Below are positions 28,488 through 37,560 of a stretch of 64,000 nt of DNA, one piece after another. Position 1 is the first letter of the stretch. Each line of letters begins with the position of its first letter. Origin of the DNA: Elusimicrobiales bacterium. GTDB lineage: Bacteria > Elusimicrobiota > Elusimicrobia > Elusimicrobiales > UBA9959. The position numbers were made by a program, and so were the translations under genes. The notes under the pieces were generated by a model. It made no database searches and was not told the DNA's origin. It worked only from the letters and a program-made list of their open reading frames with translations. The stretch is taken from positions 28,349 to 92,348 of the forward strand of contig JBMFKQ010000001.1 of the NCBI GenBank assembly GCA_049972095.1. The letters are read 5' to 3'.

Positions 28488-29432
28488 CTACCTGTTTGAA
28501 TTTTGTGCAAAGGTTGTGTGAAGTCCACAGCTTAGATCTGTCCAGTTCTTCATTTTTGTTTTTTCTTCCCATTTTGAAGGGTCTGCTATCCAGTGTGATG
28601 ATATAGCCTCCCTGACTTTATCTCTGTTTAGAACTGGCTTTGAGTTTAATATATAGGAAAATATCTCATAGGATAAAGCAGTTATATTAAGTAAAAGTTT
28701 TGGCATTTTTAGTATTTTTGGCTTTTTTACACCAATACTCTCTGCCATTTTTTCTATAAACTCATTCCAGGAATAATTGTTTTTTTCACAAACATAGAAT
28801 ATCTCTCCATCAAGGGATTTATCAAAGGATTTAATAATGCATCTTACAAGATCATCAACAAATATAAAGCTAAACCTTGCATCTATATTTTGTGGTGATA
28901 TCATAATACCCCTTTTTATCCATTGCGCTATCGTTGAAAAACCATCATCTTTGGGACCATAAACTATTGGTGGTCTTAGGATTGTCCATCTTGGAAATTT
29001 TATAACCTCTTTTTCACCAAGCAGCTTGCTAAGGCCATAGAAAGAAACTGGATTGTCTCTATCTTTTTCATTTCGTGGTTTTGATGGATCTTTTGATGGC
29101 CCACCCGCAGCAAGAGATGAGATATATATTATTTTTTTTATACCGTTATCTTCTGCAGCTTTTACAAGATTTGCTGTGGATGTTACATTTTCCTTTATAA
29201 ATTCTTTCTTGCTTCTTGCAAAAAGTGTTGCTGCAAGGTGTATTAGAATTTCTGAATACAATTTGGATTTTACATCCTTTTCATCATGATAATTTACTGT
29301 AACATATTTTACACCATCTTTTTCATAACTCTTTCCTCTTGTAAAGCAGGTAACATTGTGTCCTAATTTTTTAAGCTCCCTGATAAGATTTGACCCAATA
29401 AAACCTCTTCCACCAGTTACAATTATTTTCAT
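28488..29432 (-). CDS. NAD-dependent epimerase/dehydratase (extended SDR)
   Basis: TGGRGFIG, HLAA, SS, YGLSK, RPPIVYGP. Confidence 0.9.
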   Translation of the reverse strand: MKIIVTGGRGFIGSNLIRELKKLGHNVTCFTRGKSYEKDGVKYVTVNYHDEKDVKSKLYSEILIHLAATLFARSKKEFIKENVTSTANLVKAAEDNGIKKIIYISSLAAGGPSKDPSKPRNEKDRDNPVSFYGLSKLLGEKEVIKFPRWTILRPPIVYGPKDDGFSTIAQWIKRGIMISPQNIDARFSFIFVDDLVRCIIKSFDKSLDGEIFYVCEKNNYSWNEFIEKMAESIGVKKPKILKMPKLLLNITALSYEIFSYILNSKPVLNRDKVREAISSHWIADPSKWEEKTKMKNWTDLSCGLHTTFAQNSNR

Positions 29433-29444
29433 AATCTCTCCTTT

Positions 29445-29867
29445 TTAATCTTGCATCTCTCTTATAAGTTTTTTTGTTTTTTCTTCAATATCTGTGAATG
29501 TATCTTTTATTCCTGGTATGTTTTTAAGAATAACAGCGTTTAGAAACTTTATCTTACCTCGGTTTATTTGTTGGAAATCTGGAAACTTGAGTTCATATAT
29601 CTTTTTCATTATACTCTTCCCATCCTGTTGTGGTATGATAAGAAGGGATGAGACTATCATCACAACAAAAAATATGAACTTTAAAAAGCCATCAAAAGGG
29701 AAAGATCTATAAAATTTTGATGTTGTGAAGTAAAGATATAGAAAGCTCCATATCCCACAAAGCCCATATAACCAGTAATCTCCGTATTGAGAGGTATCAG
29801 GATAGAGTACAAAGATTGTGATATGAAAAAAAACTATAAAAAGAATACTAAAAAGGATTTGTATCAT
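29445..29867 (-). CDS. Hypothetical membrane protein (about 3 TM), paralog of 29848..30216
   Basis: HITIFVLYPDT..G and PQQDGKS..KIY....P motifs. Confidence 0.75.
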   Translation of the reverse strand: MIQILFSILFIVFFHITIFVLYPDTSQYGDYWLYGLCGIWSFLYLYFTTSKFYRSFPFDGFLKFIFFVVMIVSSLLIIPQQDGKSIMKKIYELKFPDFQQINRGKIKFLNAVILKNIPGIKDTFTDIEEKTKKLIREMQD

Positions 29868-30216
29868 TTTTCCCTCGTCTTAGAAGGAAAGCAAAATCAA
29901 TGCCAAGCTTTTTAAATCCTCTATAAATTGTCAGCCTATTAGGAATTCTTCCTGTGTATATTTTGTAGAGTAAAGATAATGAATCTGATTGTGGATAGTT
30001 AATAAGTATTGATAGAAGCATAATTATATATGCAATGAAATTAATCGCAAAGCGAGTAATGTGTGTTTGTATTGTAATAAAAGATCTTATTAGGTAGTAA
30101 AACATCGTTGAGATCAGCATTGATATAAAAAGATAAATCAGCCCAAGTATTGTTGTATCAGGGTATGAGATAAATATCAGTAGATGGGTAGTAAATATGA
30201 TAAATGCAGCTTTCAT
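29848..30216 (-). CDS. Hypothetical membrane protein (about 3 TM), paralog of 29445..29867
   Basis: HLLIFISYPDT..G and PQSDSLS..KIY....P motifs. Confidence 0.75.
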   Translation of the reverse strand: MKAAFIIFTTHLLIFISYPDTTILGLIYLFISMLISTMFYYLIRSFITIQTHITRFAINFIAYIIMLLSILINYPQSDSLSLLYKIYTGRIPNRLTIYRGFKKLGIDFAFLLRRGKNDTNPF

Positions 30217-30219
30217 AGT

Positions 30220-30912
30220 CTATTTAACTGCTTTAAATTCAACATAAACGGTTAGATAATCCTCAAAAAAATCAGCAGGTAAAGGATCAACCTTTTTTAT
30301 CTCAGAAACAGCACTGAGCACAGAGTAGTCAAAAAGATTGTTTGATGATCTTTTTTCTATGCTTATATTTCTTATCTCTCCGTTTGGATATATTCTAAAC
30401 TTGACAATAGCTGATATATTTGTGGCAGAGACATTTTTTGATTTCCAGCTGTCAAAAAGCACTTCCCTAAGTCTTGTTATATAGTATGGGTATGGAAAGT
30501 CTTTATCTGTTTTTATCTCTGATGAAGCAGATGATGAGGTTGAATTGTAAGTAGTGATATTATATGCTGATTTATCTTCATCAATAATCGTTGATTTTTC
30601 ATAAGCCATTGAGGGCTTTATATTTCTTGTATTAGTGTAAAGATAGTCAGGGTCATCTATCTGTTTCTTGTTGATTGAATTTAATTTTCTTTGGGCTTTT
30701 CTATCTAAGTTTTCCTGGCTTTTTGATATGAGGTGTTGTGATACATCTTTTCTTGTTAGGTTTTGTGGGTTTAGAGCTGTTGTAATCTGAGGGTTTGATG
30801 AAATAAAGTCTATGTAATATTTTTTTGTATTTTTATTTAGCGATGATATCTCAACAAAGAATGTGAAGATGAGAAGATGTATCAGAAGAGAAGGAAGGAT
30901 ATATATATTCAT
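30220..30912 (-). CDS. TonB/TolA-type energy transducer
   Basis: N-terminal TM with SxxxH (SLLIH); low-complexity linker; C-terminal FPYPYY..W..SS.N..FD..V..AV...PLP. Confidence 0.8.
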   Translation of the reverse strand: MNIYILPSLLIHLLIFTFFVEISSLNKNTKKYYIDFISSNPQITTALNPQNLTRKDVSQHLISKSQENLDRKAQRKLNSINKKQIDDPDYLYTNTRNIKPSMAYEKSTIIDEDKSAYNITTYNSTSSSASSEIKTDKDFPYPYYITRLREVLFDSWKSKNVSATNISAIVKFRIYPNGEIRNISIEKRSSNNLFDYSVLSAVSEIKKVDPLPADFFEDYLTVYVEFKAVK

Positions 30913-31316
30913 TTTTCAGGGCTTACCCCTATTCCAACTCTTTCAGCTCCAAGCTTTTTTGCAGTATCAAGCACACTTACAACTTTTTGAATTGATACAT
31001 CCTTCTCGGCCTCAACAAGAACAACCTTTTCATTGGCTTTTGCCATTTTGATTATAAGCTCTTTTTCAAGATCTAATATTTTTCTTCCATCAACATAGGT
31101 TTCACCATTGTTTTTAACTGTAACTGTTATTATTTTCGAATTCGATGAGATAGTATCCGGAAGAAGAGAGGTTTTTGGAAGGTTGACCTTTATATGTGGA
31201 TTTGAAAAAAAGGGTGTTATTATCATAAAAATTATGAGGATTATAAGGATTACATCAATGAGAGGTATCATGTTTATCTCTGAAATAATTCCTTTTGATG
31301 TGTTATGTATTCTCAT
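30909..31316 (-). CDS. ExbD/TolR
   Basis: EINMIPLIDVILIILIIFMI.TP, VNLP, V..VLD.AK..G. Confidence 0.92.
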   Translation of the reverse strand: MRIHNTSKGIISEINMIPLIDVILIILIIFMIITPFFSNPHIKVNLPKTSLLPDTISSNSKIITVTVKNNGETYVDGRKILDLEKELIIKMAKANEKVVLVEAEKDVSIQKVVSVLDTAKKLGAERVGIGVSPEK

Positions 31317-31923
31317 TTCTATAGTATCTGTCTGTTATCTGTTCTACAAGATAATTAAGATCCTGTGTATATCTGTTTATGGCTGAGGTAAAATAATTAT
31401 AAGCAATAACTGCTGGAATAGCTGCAAAGAGCCCCATTGCTGTGTTTATTAAGGCTTCAGATATTCCATAAGCTATAACTGAGGGACCTGCGCTTTGGAA
31501 CTGAGCCATATCCCTAAATGCTTTTATAACCCCTATTACTGTTCCAAAAAGTCCTATGTATGGAGATGTAGAGCCAACCGTGGCAAGTATATTGAGTTTT
31601 TTTGAAAGAAGTGATATGTGATATTCTATTAAGCTAGCTGTAAACTCTCTTTTTTCTTTTATTGTTCCGGGATGATTGATGATGGATGCAACCATTTCAT
31701 AAATCTGACCTTTTTGTATGAGTGAGTATTTTATGACCTCCTGCATCTTACCTGATTTAAGACTTAGAAGAAGTCTTACTATTATGGATCTATTCTTAAA
31801 CACGATCTTTCTTAACTCAATATATTTTTCTATTATAATAGAAAGTGAGTAAACTGATATAACACATAATATTATAAAGACAGGGCCTCCAGCTTTTATT
31901 ATCTCTTTTAATCCAAATTCCAT
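31303..31923 (-). CDS. ExbB/TolQ/MotA-family proton channel
   Basis: LATVGSTSPYIGLFGTV.G, GISEAL.NTA.GL..AIPA. Confidence 0.93.
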   Translation of the reverse strand: MEFGLKEIIKAGGPVFIILCVISVYSLSIIIEKYIELRKIVFKNRSIIVRLLLSLKSGKMQEVIKYSLIQKGQIYEMVASIINHPGTIKEKREFTASLIEYHISLLSKKLNILATVGSTSPYIGLFGTVIGVIKAFRDMAQFQSAGPSVIAYGISEALINTAMGLFAAIPAVIAYNYFTSAINRYTQDLNYLVEQITDRYYRNENT

Positions 31924-31977
31924 AATTACCCCACTTTTTCTCTTAATATTATTCTAACATTTTTATTGGCTGATTTT

Positions 31978-33024
31978 TTAGGTTAAAAATTCCTCTATTT
32001 TTTTCTTGTCAGGCTCTTTTATTATCCCTTTTTCAGTTATTATTGCTGTAATAAGATGATTTGGTACAATATCAAAAGCAGGATGATATACGGGTGTTTT
32101 GGGATGTGCAATGTAGCTACCTTTAATCTTAATAACCTCATGACTTTCTCTTTCCTCTATTTTTATATCATCACCACTCCTTGAATTTTTGTCAAATGTT
32201 TCCGTTGGTGCTGCAACATAGAATGCTATTGAGTGATATTTTGCAAGTATTGCAAGCGAATAACTTCCTATTTTGTTTGCAGTATCTCCATTCATCGCTA
32301 TTCTATCCGCACCTATTATTACAGCATCTATTTTCTTTTTTTTCATAACCCATCCTGCCATGTTGTCGCATATAAGTGTAAAGGGTATCTTCTCCATCAT
32401 TAACTCCCAGGATGTCAGGCCTGCTCCTTGAAGATAAGGTCTTGTTTCGCATGGATATACATGTGAGATTTTTCCCTTTTTATAACCTTGCCTTATTATA
32501 CCAAGCGCTGTGCCAATTCCTGCTGTTGCAAGAAAGCCTGTGTTGCAATATGTTATTACTGAAGAGCTATCAGGAAGAAGTTTTATGCCATTTTCAGCTA
32601 TATTTAAACTGGTCCTTATATCCTCATCAATTATTCTAAATGCCTCTTTTTCAATCTCTTTCCTTATTGCAGATATATCAGTACCATTTTTTAAGAGATA
32701 TAATGCTTTGCTATGGAGTCTGTTGGTCGCTTTAAAAAGAGCAATTGCCGTCGGTCTGGATGAATTGAGTGTTTTTAGATTTTTTTCAAGAATTTTAGCA
32801 ACCTTCTTAGGTTTTGTATCTTCATTAATAGTGTTGATTCCAATTAGATATCCCAAAGCAGCAGTATCACCTATAAGAGGAGCACCTCTGACTATCATAT
32901 CTCTTATTGCCTTTGCCACATCTTTAACGCTTCTTGCTGTAAAGTAGCTTATTTTAAAAGGAAGTTTTCTTTGATCAAGTATGAGAATGCTTTTTCCCTT
33001 GTATATAAGTCTTTCTGGGATCAT
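31978..33024 (-). CDS. mtnA: S-methyl-5-thioribose-1-phosphate isomerase
   Basis: LDQRKLP, VRGAP, SRPTA, CNTG.LAT...GTA, ETRP.LQG, GADRI..NGDTANKIG. Confidence 0.93.
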   Translation of the reverse strand: MIPERLIYKGKSILILDQRKLPFKISYFTARSVKDVAKAIRDMIVRGAPLIGDTAALGYLIGINTINEDTKPKKVAKILEKNLKTLNSSRPTAIALFKATNRLHSKALYLLKNGTDISAIRKEIEKEAFRIIDEDIRTSLNIAENGIKLLPDSSSVITYCNTGFLATAGIGTALGIIRQGYKKGKISHVYPCETRPYLQGAGLTSWELMMEKIPFTLICDNMAGWVMKKKKIDAVIIGADRIAMNGDTANKIGSYSLAILAKYHSIAFYVAAPTETFDKNSRSGDDIKIEERESHEVIKIKGSYIAHPKTPVYHPAFDIVPNHLITAIITEKGIIKEPDKKKIEEFLT

Positions 33025-33025
33025 T

Positions 33026-33289
33026 TTAGGGTATTGTGTTTATTATGTTCTCAAGATCTGATTCTGACTTTCCTGTTATTTCAACTGTTTTCTCCTTTCC
33101 TCTAATCCCTCTTATTATGTTTATACAGCTTTCTTTTACCTCAAAAAAGTCGGCAAGGTATTTTTTAAGTGTCTGGTTTATAATATTATCCTGAGGCGGT
33201 GCACAGAGTTTTACTCTTAATACCTTACCTATTCTTGATATAACCTCGTTATCATCACAATTTGGTATTACTTTTACTTTTACTATCAT
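33026..33289 (-). CDS. DUF167/YggU family protein
   Basis: VKVKVIP, LRVKL.APP, IIRG..GKEK; follows yggS. Confidence 0.8.
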   Translation of the reverse strand: MIVKVKVIPNCDDNEVISRIGKVLRVKLCAPPQDNIINQTLKKYLADFFEVKESCINIIRGIRGKEKTVEITGKSESDLENIINTIP

Positions 33290-33312
33290 CTTCCCCTCCT
33301 CATTTTAATGTT

Positions 33313-33981
33313 TTAACTCTTAAACAGTATAGAACCTAATCTTAGAAGGTTAGACCCCTCTTTTAATGCTATTTCAAAATCCATACTCATTCCGATTGAT
33401 AGATAATTTGGAAACCCATCTTTGTTTTTTGAATGTGGAAAATATTTCTCATAAAATTGTCTGGCTATCTTAAATGCATTTCTTATCTCATTTTGGTCAG
33501 TGGTATTTGGTGCTATTGCCATTATGCCACATGGTGATATGTTTTCCATCAATAATACCTTGTGGAAAAGACTGTCAAATTCTTCTGGTTTTATACCATA
33601 CTGTGTTTGTGAGTTGTTTATTTTGAGCTGCAAAAGGATAGGCATTTTCTTTTGAGTTTTTTTGTTTATTTCTCTTGCAAGCTCAACTGAGTCAACGGAG
33701 TCTATAAAGTCAAAAAGTTTTACAGCATACTTCACCTTGTTTTTTTGCAAATGTCCTATAAAATGAAGTGATATTTTTGAACGGTAGTTGGAAAAAATAC
33801 CATCCTTCTCCCATCTCTTTATGGCATCCTGAACTCTATTTTCACCTATTATCCTTATTCTTCCATCATCAAGGAGCTCTTTTATATCATATTGGGATGC
33901 ATACTTAATAACTGCCATTATAGAAACACCTTGTGGCAGTTTAGATAGGATTTTACTTATATTTTCCTTTACTTTGCTCAC
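33313..33981 (-). CDS. yggS: PLP homeostasis protein YggS
   Basis: AVIKY, GENRVQD, HFIGHLQKNK, SVD, LSIGMS.DF, RLGS.LF. Confidence 0.93.
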   Translation of the reverse strand: MSKVKENISKILSKLPQGVSIMAVIKYASQYDIKELLDDGRIRIIGENRVQDAIKRWEKDGIFSNYRSKISLHFIGHLQKNKVKYAVKLFDFIDSVDSVELAREINKKTQKKMPILLQLKINNSQTQYGIKPEEFDSLFHKVLLMENISPCGIMAIAPNTTDQNEIRNAFKIARQFYEKYFPHSKNKDGFPNYLSIGMSMDFEIALKEGSNLLRLGSILFKS

Positions 33982-34095
33982 AGAAACAGATCTCTCAAAG
34001 TATTATAATTATATTTTATCAAATTTAAATTTCTTTTAGGAGGTATCTTCTAATAAGCAAGGTTAATCTTTAAAGATTTTCTAAATTTGAAAAAT

Positions 34096-34127
34096 AAAAA
34101 CCCCTCCCGCATTTTGGGCGGAAGGGG
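34096..34127 (-). terminator. Intrinsic terminator of groESL
   Basis: Minus strand CCCCTTCCGC-CCAAAAT-GCGGGAGGGG followed by TTTTT. Confidence 0.85.
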
Positions 34128-34153
34128 TTAGGGGTTTGAATGGTTTGATTTGA

Positions 34154-35773
34154 TCAATACATATCACTGCCTGCGGGCATTGCTGGAACCTTTTCTTTCT
34201 TTTCCGGCAGTTCAGCAACGAATGCACCGCTTGTCAACAGAGTTCCTGCTATTGATGCAGCATTTTCAAGTGCGGTTCTTGTAACCTTACATGGATCAAC
34301 AATTCCAGCCTTCATTACATCGACGAACTCAAGCCTCTCAGCATCAAAGCCTATTTCTTGTGATGATGTCTTTATTTTCTCAACAACTATTGATGGATCT
34401 ACACCCGCATTTTCTGCTATTGTTTTTAGTGGCATGTAAACTGCCTTTTTTACAATGTTAATTCCTATTTTTTCATCCTCATTTTCCGCTTTAAGATTAT
34501 CAAGCACTCTTGATGCTCTTATCAATGCAACTCCTCCACCTGGAAGAATTCCTTCTTGGACTCCAGCCTTGGTTGCATTCTTCGCATCTTCAACCTTTGA
34601 TTTCTTTGCTTTCATTTCAGTCTCAGTTGCTGCACCAACTCTTATAACAGCAACTCCACCTGAGATTTTTGCAAGCCTTTCTTCAAGTTTCTCTCTGTCA
34701 TAATCTGATGTTGTCTCTTCTATCTGTTTTCTTATCTGATTTGCTCTATCCTTTATCTTTTTCTTATCTCCCTCTCCATCAACTATTGTTGTGTTCTCCT
34801 TGTCAACAACAACTCTCTTTGCCTTTCCAAGCTGTTCAAGTGTTGCCTTTTCAAGCTTCATTCCTCTTTCCTCGCTTATAACCTCACCACCGGTAAGTAT
34901 TGCAATGTCTTCAAGCATTTCTTTTCTTCTATCACCAAATCCAGGAGCTTTTACAGCACAGCATTTAAGTGTTCCTCTCAGTTTGTTTACAACAAGTGTT
35001 GCAAGAGCCTCTCCCTCAACATCCTCTGCTATTATAAGAAAGGGTTTTCCTGTTTGAGCTATCTTTTCAAGAATAGGTAGAAGCTCATTCATTGAAGAGA
35101 GTTTTTTATCAGTTATAAGTATAAGGGTATCCTCAAGAACACTTTCCATTCTCTCGGCATCTGTAATAAAGTATGGTGAGATATATCCTCTATCAAACTG
35201 CATTCCCTCAACAACATCAAGCTCAGTTGTTGATGATTTCCCTTCCTCAACTGTTATAACCCCCTCATGTCCAACCTTTTCCATTGCCTCTGCAATGAGA
35301 TTTCCTATCTCCCTATCATTTGCTGATATAGTTGCTATTTGGGCTTTTTCCTCTTTTGTTTTTACTGGCTTTGCCATTTTTTTAAGCTCTTCAACTATTG
35401 CTGCTACGGCTTTGTCAATTCCTCTTTTGAGATGAATTGGACTTGCACCTGCAGTTATATTCTTGAGTCCTTCGTTGAATATTGCCTGAGCAAGAACTGT
35501 TGCGGTTGTGGTTCCATCTCCAGCTACATCATTTGTTTTAGAGGCTGCTTCTCTGATGAGTTGCGCTCCCATATCCTCAAAATGATCTTCAAGCTCTATC
35601 TCTTTTGCAATTGTAACTCCATCGTCTATTATTGTTGGTGAGCCAAACTTCTTTGCAAGAACAACAGTTCTTCCTTTAGGTCCGAGCGTAACCTTTACGG
35701 TGTTTGCAGTTTTATCAATCCCCTGTTTTATTTTTAATATTCCGGTGTCTGTTAAGTGTATTTCTTTTGCCAT
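34154..35773 (-). CDS. groEL: Chaperonin GroEL
   Basis: [40 protein letters not shown]. Confidence 0.99.
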   Translation of the reverse strand: MAKEIHLTDTGILKIKQGIDKTANTVKVTLGPKGRTVVLAKKFGSPTIIDDGVTIAKEIELEDHFEDMGAQLIREAASKTNDVAGDGTTTATVLAQAIFNEGLKNITAGASPIHLKRGIDKAVAAIVEELKKMAKPVKTKEEKAQIATISANDREIGNLIAEAMEKVGHEGVITVEEGKSSTTELDVVEGMQFDRGYISPYFITDAERMESVLEDTLILITDKKLSSMNELLPILEKIAQTGKPFLIIAEDVEGEALATLVVNKLRGTLKCCAVKAPGFGDRRKEMLEDIAILTGGEVISEERGMKLEKATLEQLGKAKRVVVDKENTTIVDGEGDKKKIKDRANQIRKQIEETTSDYDREKLEERLAKISGGVAVIRVGAATETEMKAKKSKVEDAKNATKAGVQEGILPGGGVALIRASRVLDNLKAENEDEKIGINIVKKAVYMPLKTIAENAGVDPSIVVEKIKTSSQEIGFDAERLEFVDVMKAGIVDPCKVTRTALENAASIAGTLLTSGAFVAELPEKKEKVPAMPAGSDMY

Positions 35774-35792
35774 AGCTTTACCTCCTTTTTAA

Positions 35793-36110
35793 TTAGTTAT
35801 TTATTATTGCAAGTATATCTTCCTCTCTCATTATAAGATAATCCTCATCATTTATCTTTATCTCAGTTCCCGCATACTTACCATAAAGAACTCTATTTCC
35901 AACTTTTACCTCCATTGCAATAAGTTTACCATCCTCCGTTGTTCTTCCTTTTCCAACAGCAACTACTTCTCCCTCCTGTGGCTTTTCTTTTGCAGTATCT
36001 GGTATTATAATTCCGCCTTTCTTTACCTCTTTCTGCTCGAGCGGTTTTATTATAACTCGATCAGCAAGTGGTGTTATGTTTAGTTTCGTTTTTGTCTCTC
36101 CCATAAGCAC
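35793..36110 (-). CDS. groES: Co-chaperonin GroES
   Basis: [29 protein letters not shown]. Confidence 0.98.
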   Translation of the reverse strand: MLMGETKTKLNITPLADRVIIKPLEQKEVKKGGIIIPDTAKEKPQEGEVVAVGKGRTTEDGKLIAMEVKVGNRVLYGKYAGTEIKINDEDYLIMREEDILAIINN

Positions 36111-36120
36111 ACCTCCTTTT

Positions 36121-36147
36121 TTAGCAATTTTTTTATCTAACTGCTAA
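36121..36147. promoter_or_regulatory. CIRCE-like operator 1 (HrcA)
   Basis: Minus strand TTAGCAGTT-N9-AATTGCTAA versus consensus TTAGCACTC-N9-GAGTGCTAA; directly upstream of the groES RBS. Confidence 0.8.
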
Positions 36148-36175
36148 TTTACAAAATTTTCTGGTAGCTTGTCAA
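36146..36175 (-). promoter_or_regulatory. groESL sigma70 promoter
   Basis: TTGACA (36175-36170)-N18-TAAATT. Confidence 0.65.
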
Positions 36176-36201
36176 TAGCAGATTTGTGTTTTAATTGCTA
36201 A
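36175..36201. promoter_or_regulatory. CIRCE-like operator 2
   Basis: Minus strand TTAGCAATT-N9-ATCTGCTAT; abuts the -35 box. Confidence 0.65.
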
Positions 36202-36799
36202 TTTTGAATACAAATCTACTTTTCCCAACATCAAACGAACTTCCGTTTTCAAGTGGGATTGAAATCTTGGGTTCTCTCATTCTGAATTTGATCACTGATG
36301 TGTTTATTGGGAAAAGCTCGTATGAATTTTCTCTGATTACAATTGCTGCGGAATAATCAGATATAGGAAGGAAGGGATTTTTTTCAAATGCTGGAATGTC
36401 AGCTTTTTGTGGATTTCCTATAAAGACAACAGGACTGTTTATCAAATATGTTTTTCTTACTCCTCCTTCGTATTCCGCTTCAATGAATGCTTTTTTTACC
36501 TCAAACATATATATGCTCAGCTTTATTTGAAAGTTTAAAAACTCCATTATATCTCCTGTTTCTAACTGAACAAGTTCAGCCTTTATTCCATTAACATATA
36601 TCAAACTTTTTTGATTTTCAAGTATATACATGTTTTTTCTCTTATTTATGATTCCAATTTCTTTTATTTTCTTTTCATTGTTTTCATCTTCGACAAAGGA
36701 TATTGAGTTTTCATCAGCTGTTATATATATTTTGTTTGAAGCTGTCATCAACTCTGTTATCTTTTTCCCATGTAAGAAGCATTCAAACCTTATAGTCAT
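36191..36799 (-). CDS. Tandem degenerate FHA-like domain protein
   Basis: IYVNG....L.TGDI and VFIG....DI...IS....I...L.NG..F.VG..F.F patterns; follows PP2C and kinase genes. Confidence 0.6.
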   Translation of the reverse strand: MTIRFECFLHGKKITELMTASNKIYITADENSISFVEDENNEKKIKEIGIINKRKNMYILENQKSLIYVNGIKAELVQLETGDIMEFLNFQIKLSIYMFEVKKAFIEAEYEGGVRKTYLINSPVVFIGNPQKADIPAFEKNPFLPISDYSAAIVIRENSYELFPINTSVIKFRMREPKISIPLENGSSFDVGKSRFVFKISN

Positions 36800-36810
36800 T
36801 TCAGTAAATC

Positions 36811-37560
36811 TTAACTAACTCTTATAAGTATTAATGTTATATTGTCTTCTCCACCCATCTGATTTGCCATTTCAACAAGCCTTTCCGCAGCTTTTTTAAG
36901 ATCATTAATCTTTGTTATGGTATTTAAAATCTCTCTGTCAGTTAGCATTCTTGTAAGCCCATCCGTTGAAAGGAGTATAATGTCTTGAGTAAATATTTTC
37001 TCTTCCTTTATAAAATAAGAATTATCCCTTTTAGTTCCAAGGGCTTTGGTCAGGATGTTTTTAAAGGGTGATTTTTCTGCCTCTTCAAGCGTTATATTAC
37101 CTAATCTATACTGCTCCATTACAAATGAATCGTCATCAGTTATTTGCACTATCTCTTTTCCTCTTATAAGGTATGCCCTTGAGTCACCTATATGAACAAA
37201 AGAGGCTAAAGAGCCATTCACAAAAACTGATGTCAGGGTTGTTCCCATTCCTTTTATATCACTTGTTTGAGCTTTTGTGAATATCTGTGCATTTGCATAA
37301 TTAACAGCAGAAAGAAGTAAGGATGTTTCTTTTGTATAGTTTTTTGCAATTATCTCAGGTTTTAGATTTTCTTTTAGATAGTATATAAGGCGCTCGTATG
37401 TTATGTTTACTGCCATTTTACTTGCTATCTCACCACCTTTGTGCCCTCCCATTCCGTCAGCTACCGCAGCAAAGTTTATTGAATCGTCAATTATATATGA
37501 ATCCTCATTTTTCTCTCTTACAAGCCCTTTATCTGTCATTCCAAAATACTCAAAGGTCAT
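36811..37560 (-). CDS. PP2C-type Ser/Thr phosphatase (Stp1/PrpC-like)
   Basis: R..NED, ADGMGGH, GMGTT, HIGDSRAY, STDGL, GGEDNIT. Confidence 0.95.
   Translation of the reverse strand: MTFEYFGMTDKGLVREKNEDSYIIDDSINFAAVADGMGGHKGGEIASKMAVNITYERLIYYLKENLKPEIIAKNYTKETSLLLSAVNYANAQIFTKAQTSDIKGMGTTLTSVFVNGSLASFVHIGDSRAYLIRGKEIVQITDDDSFVMEQYRLGNITLEEAEKSPFKNILTKALGTKRDNSYFIKEEKIFTQDIILLSTDGLTRMLTDREILNTITKINDLKKAAERLVEMANQMGGEDNITLILIRVS

Noticed and set aside
32412..35641. Antisense or alternate-frame ORFs over mtnA and groEL
   Set aside because: Shadow frames of well-supported genes with no recognisable motifs; the same applies to most 60-150 aa nested ORFs in the track
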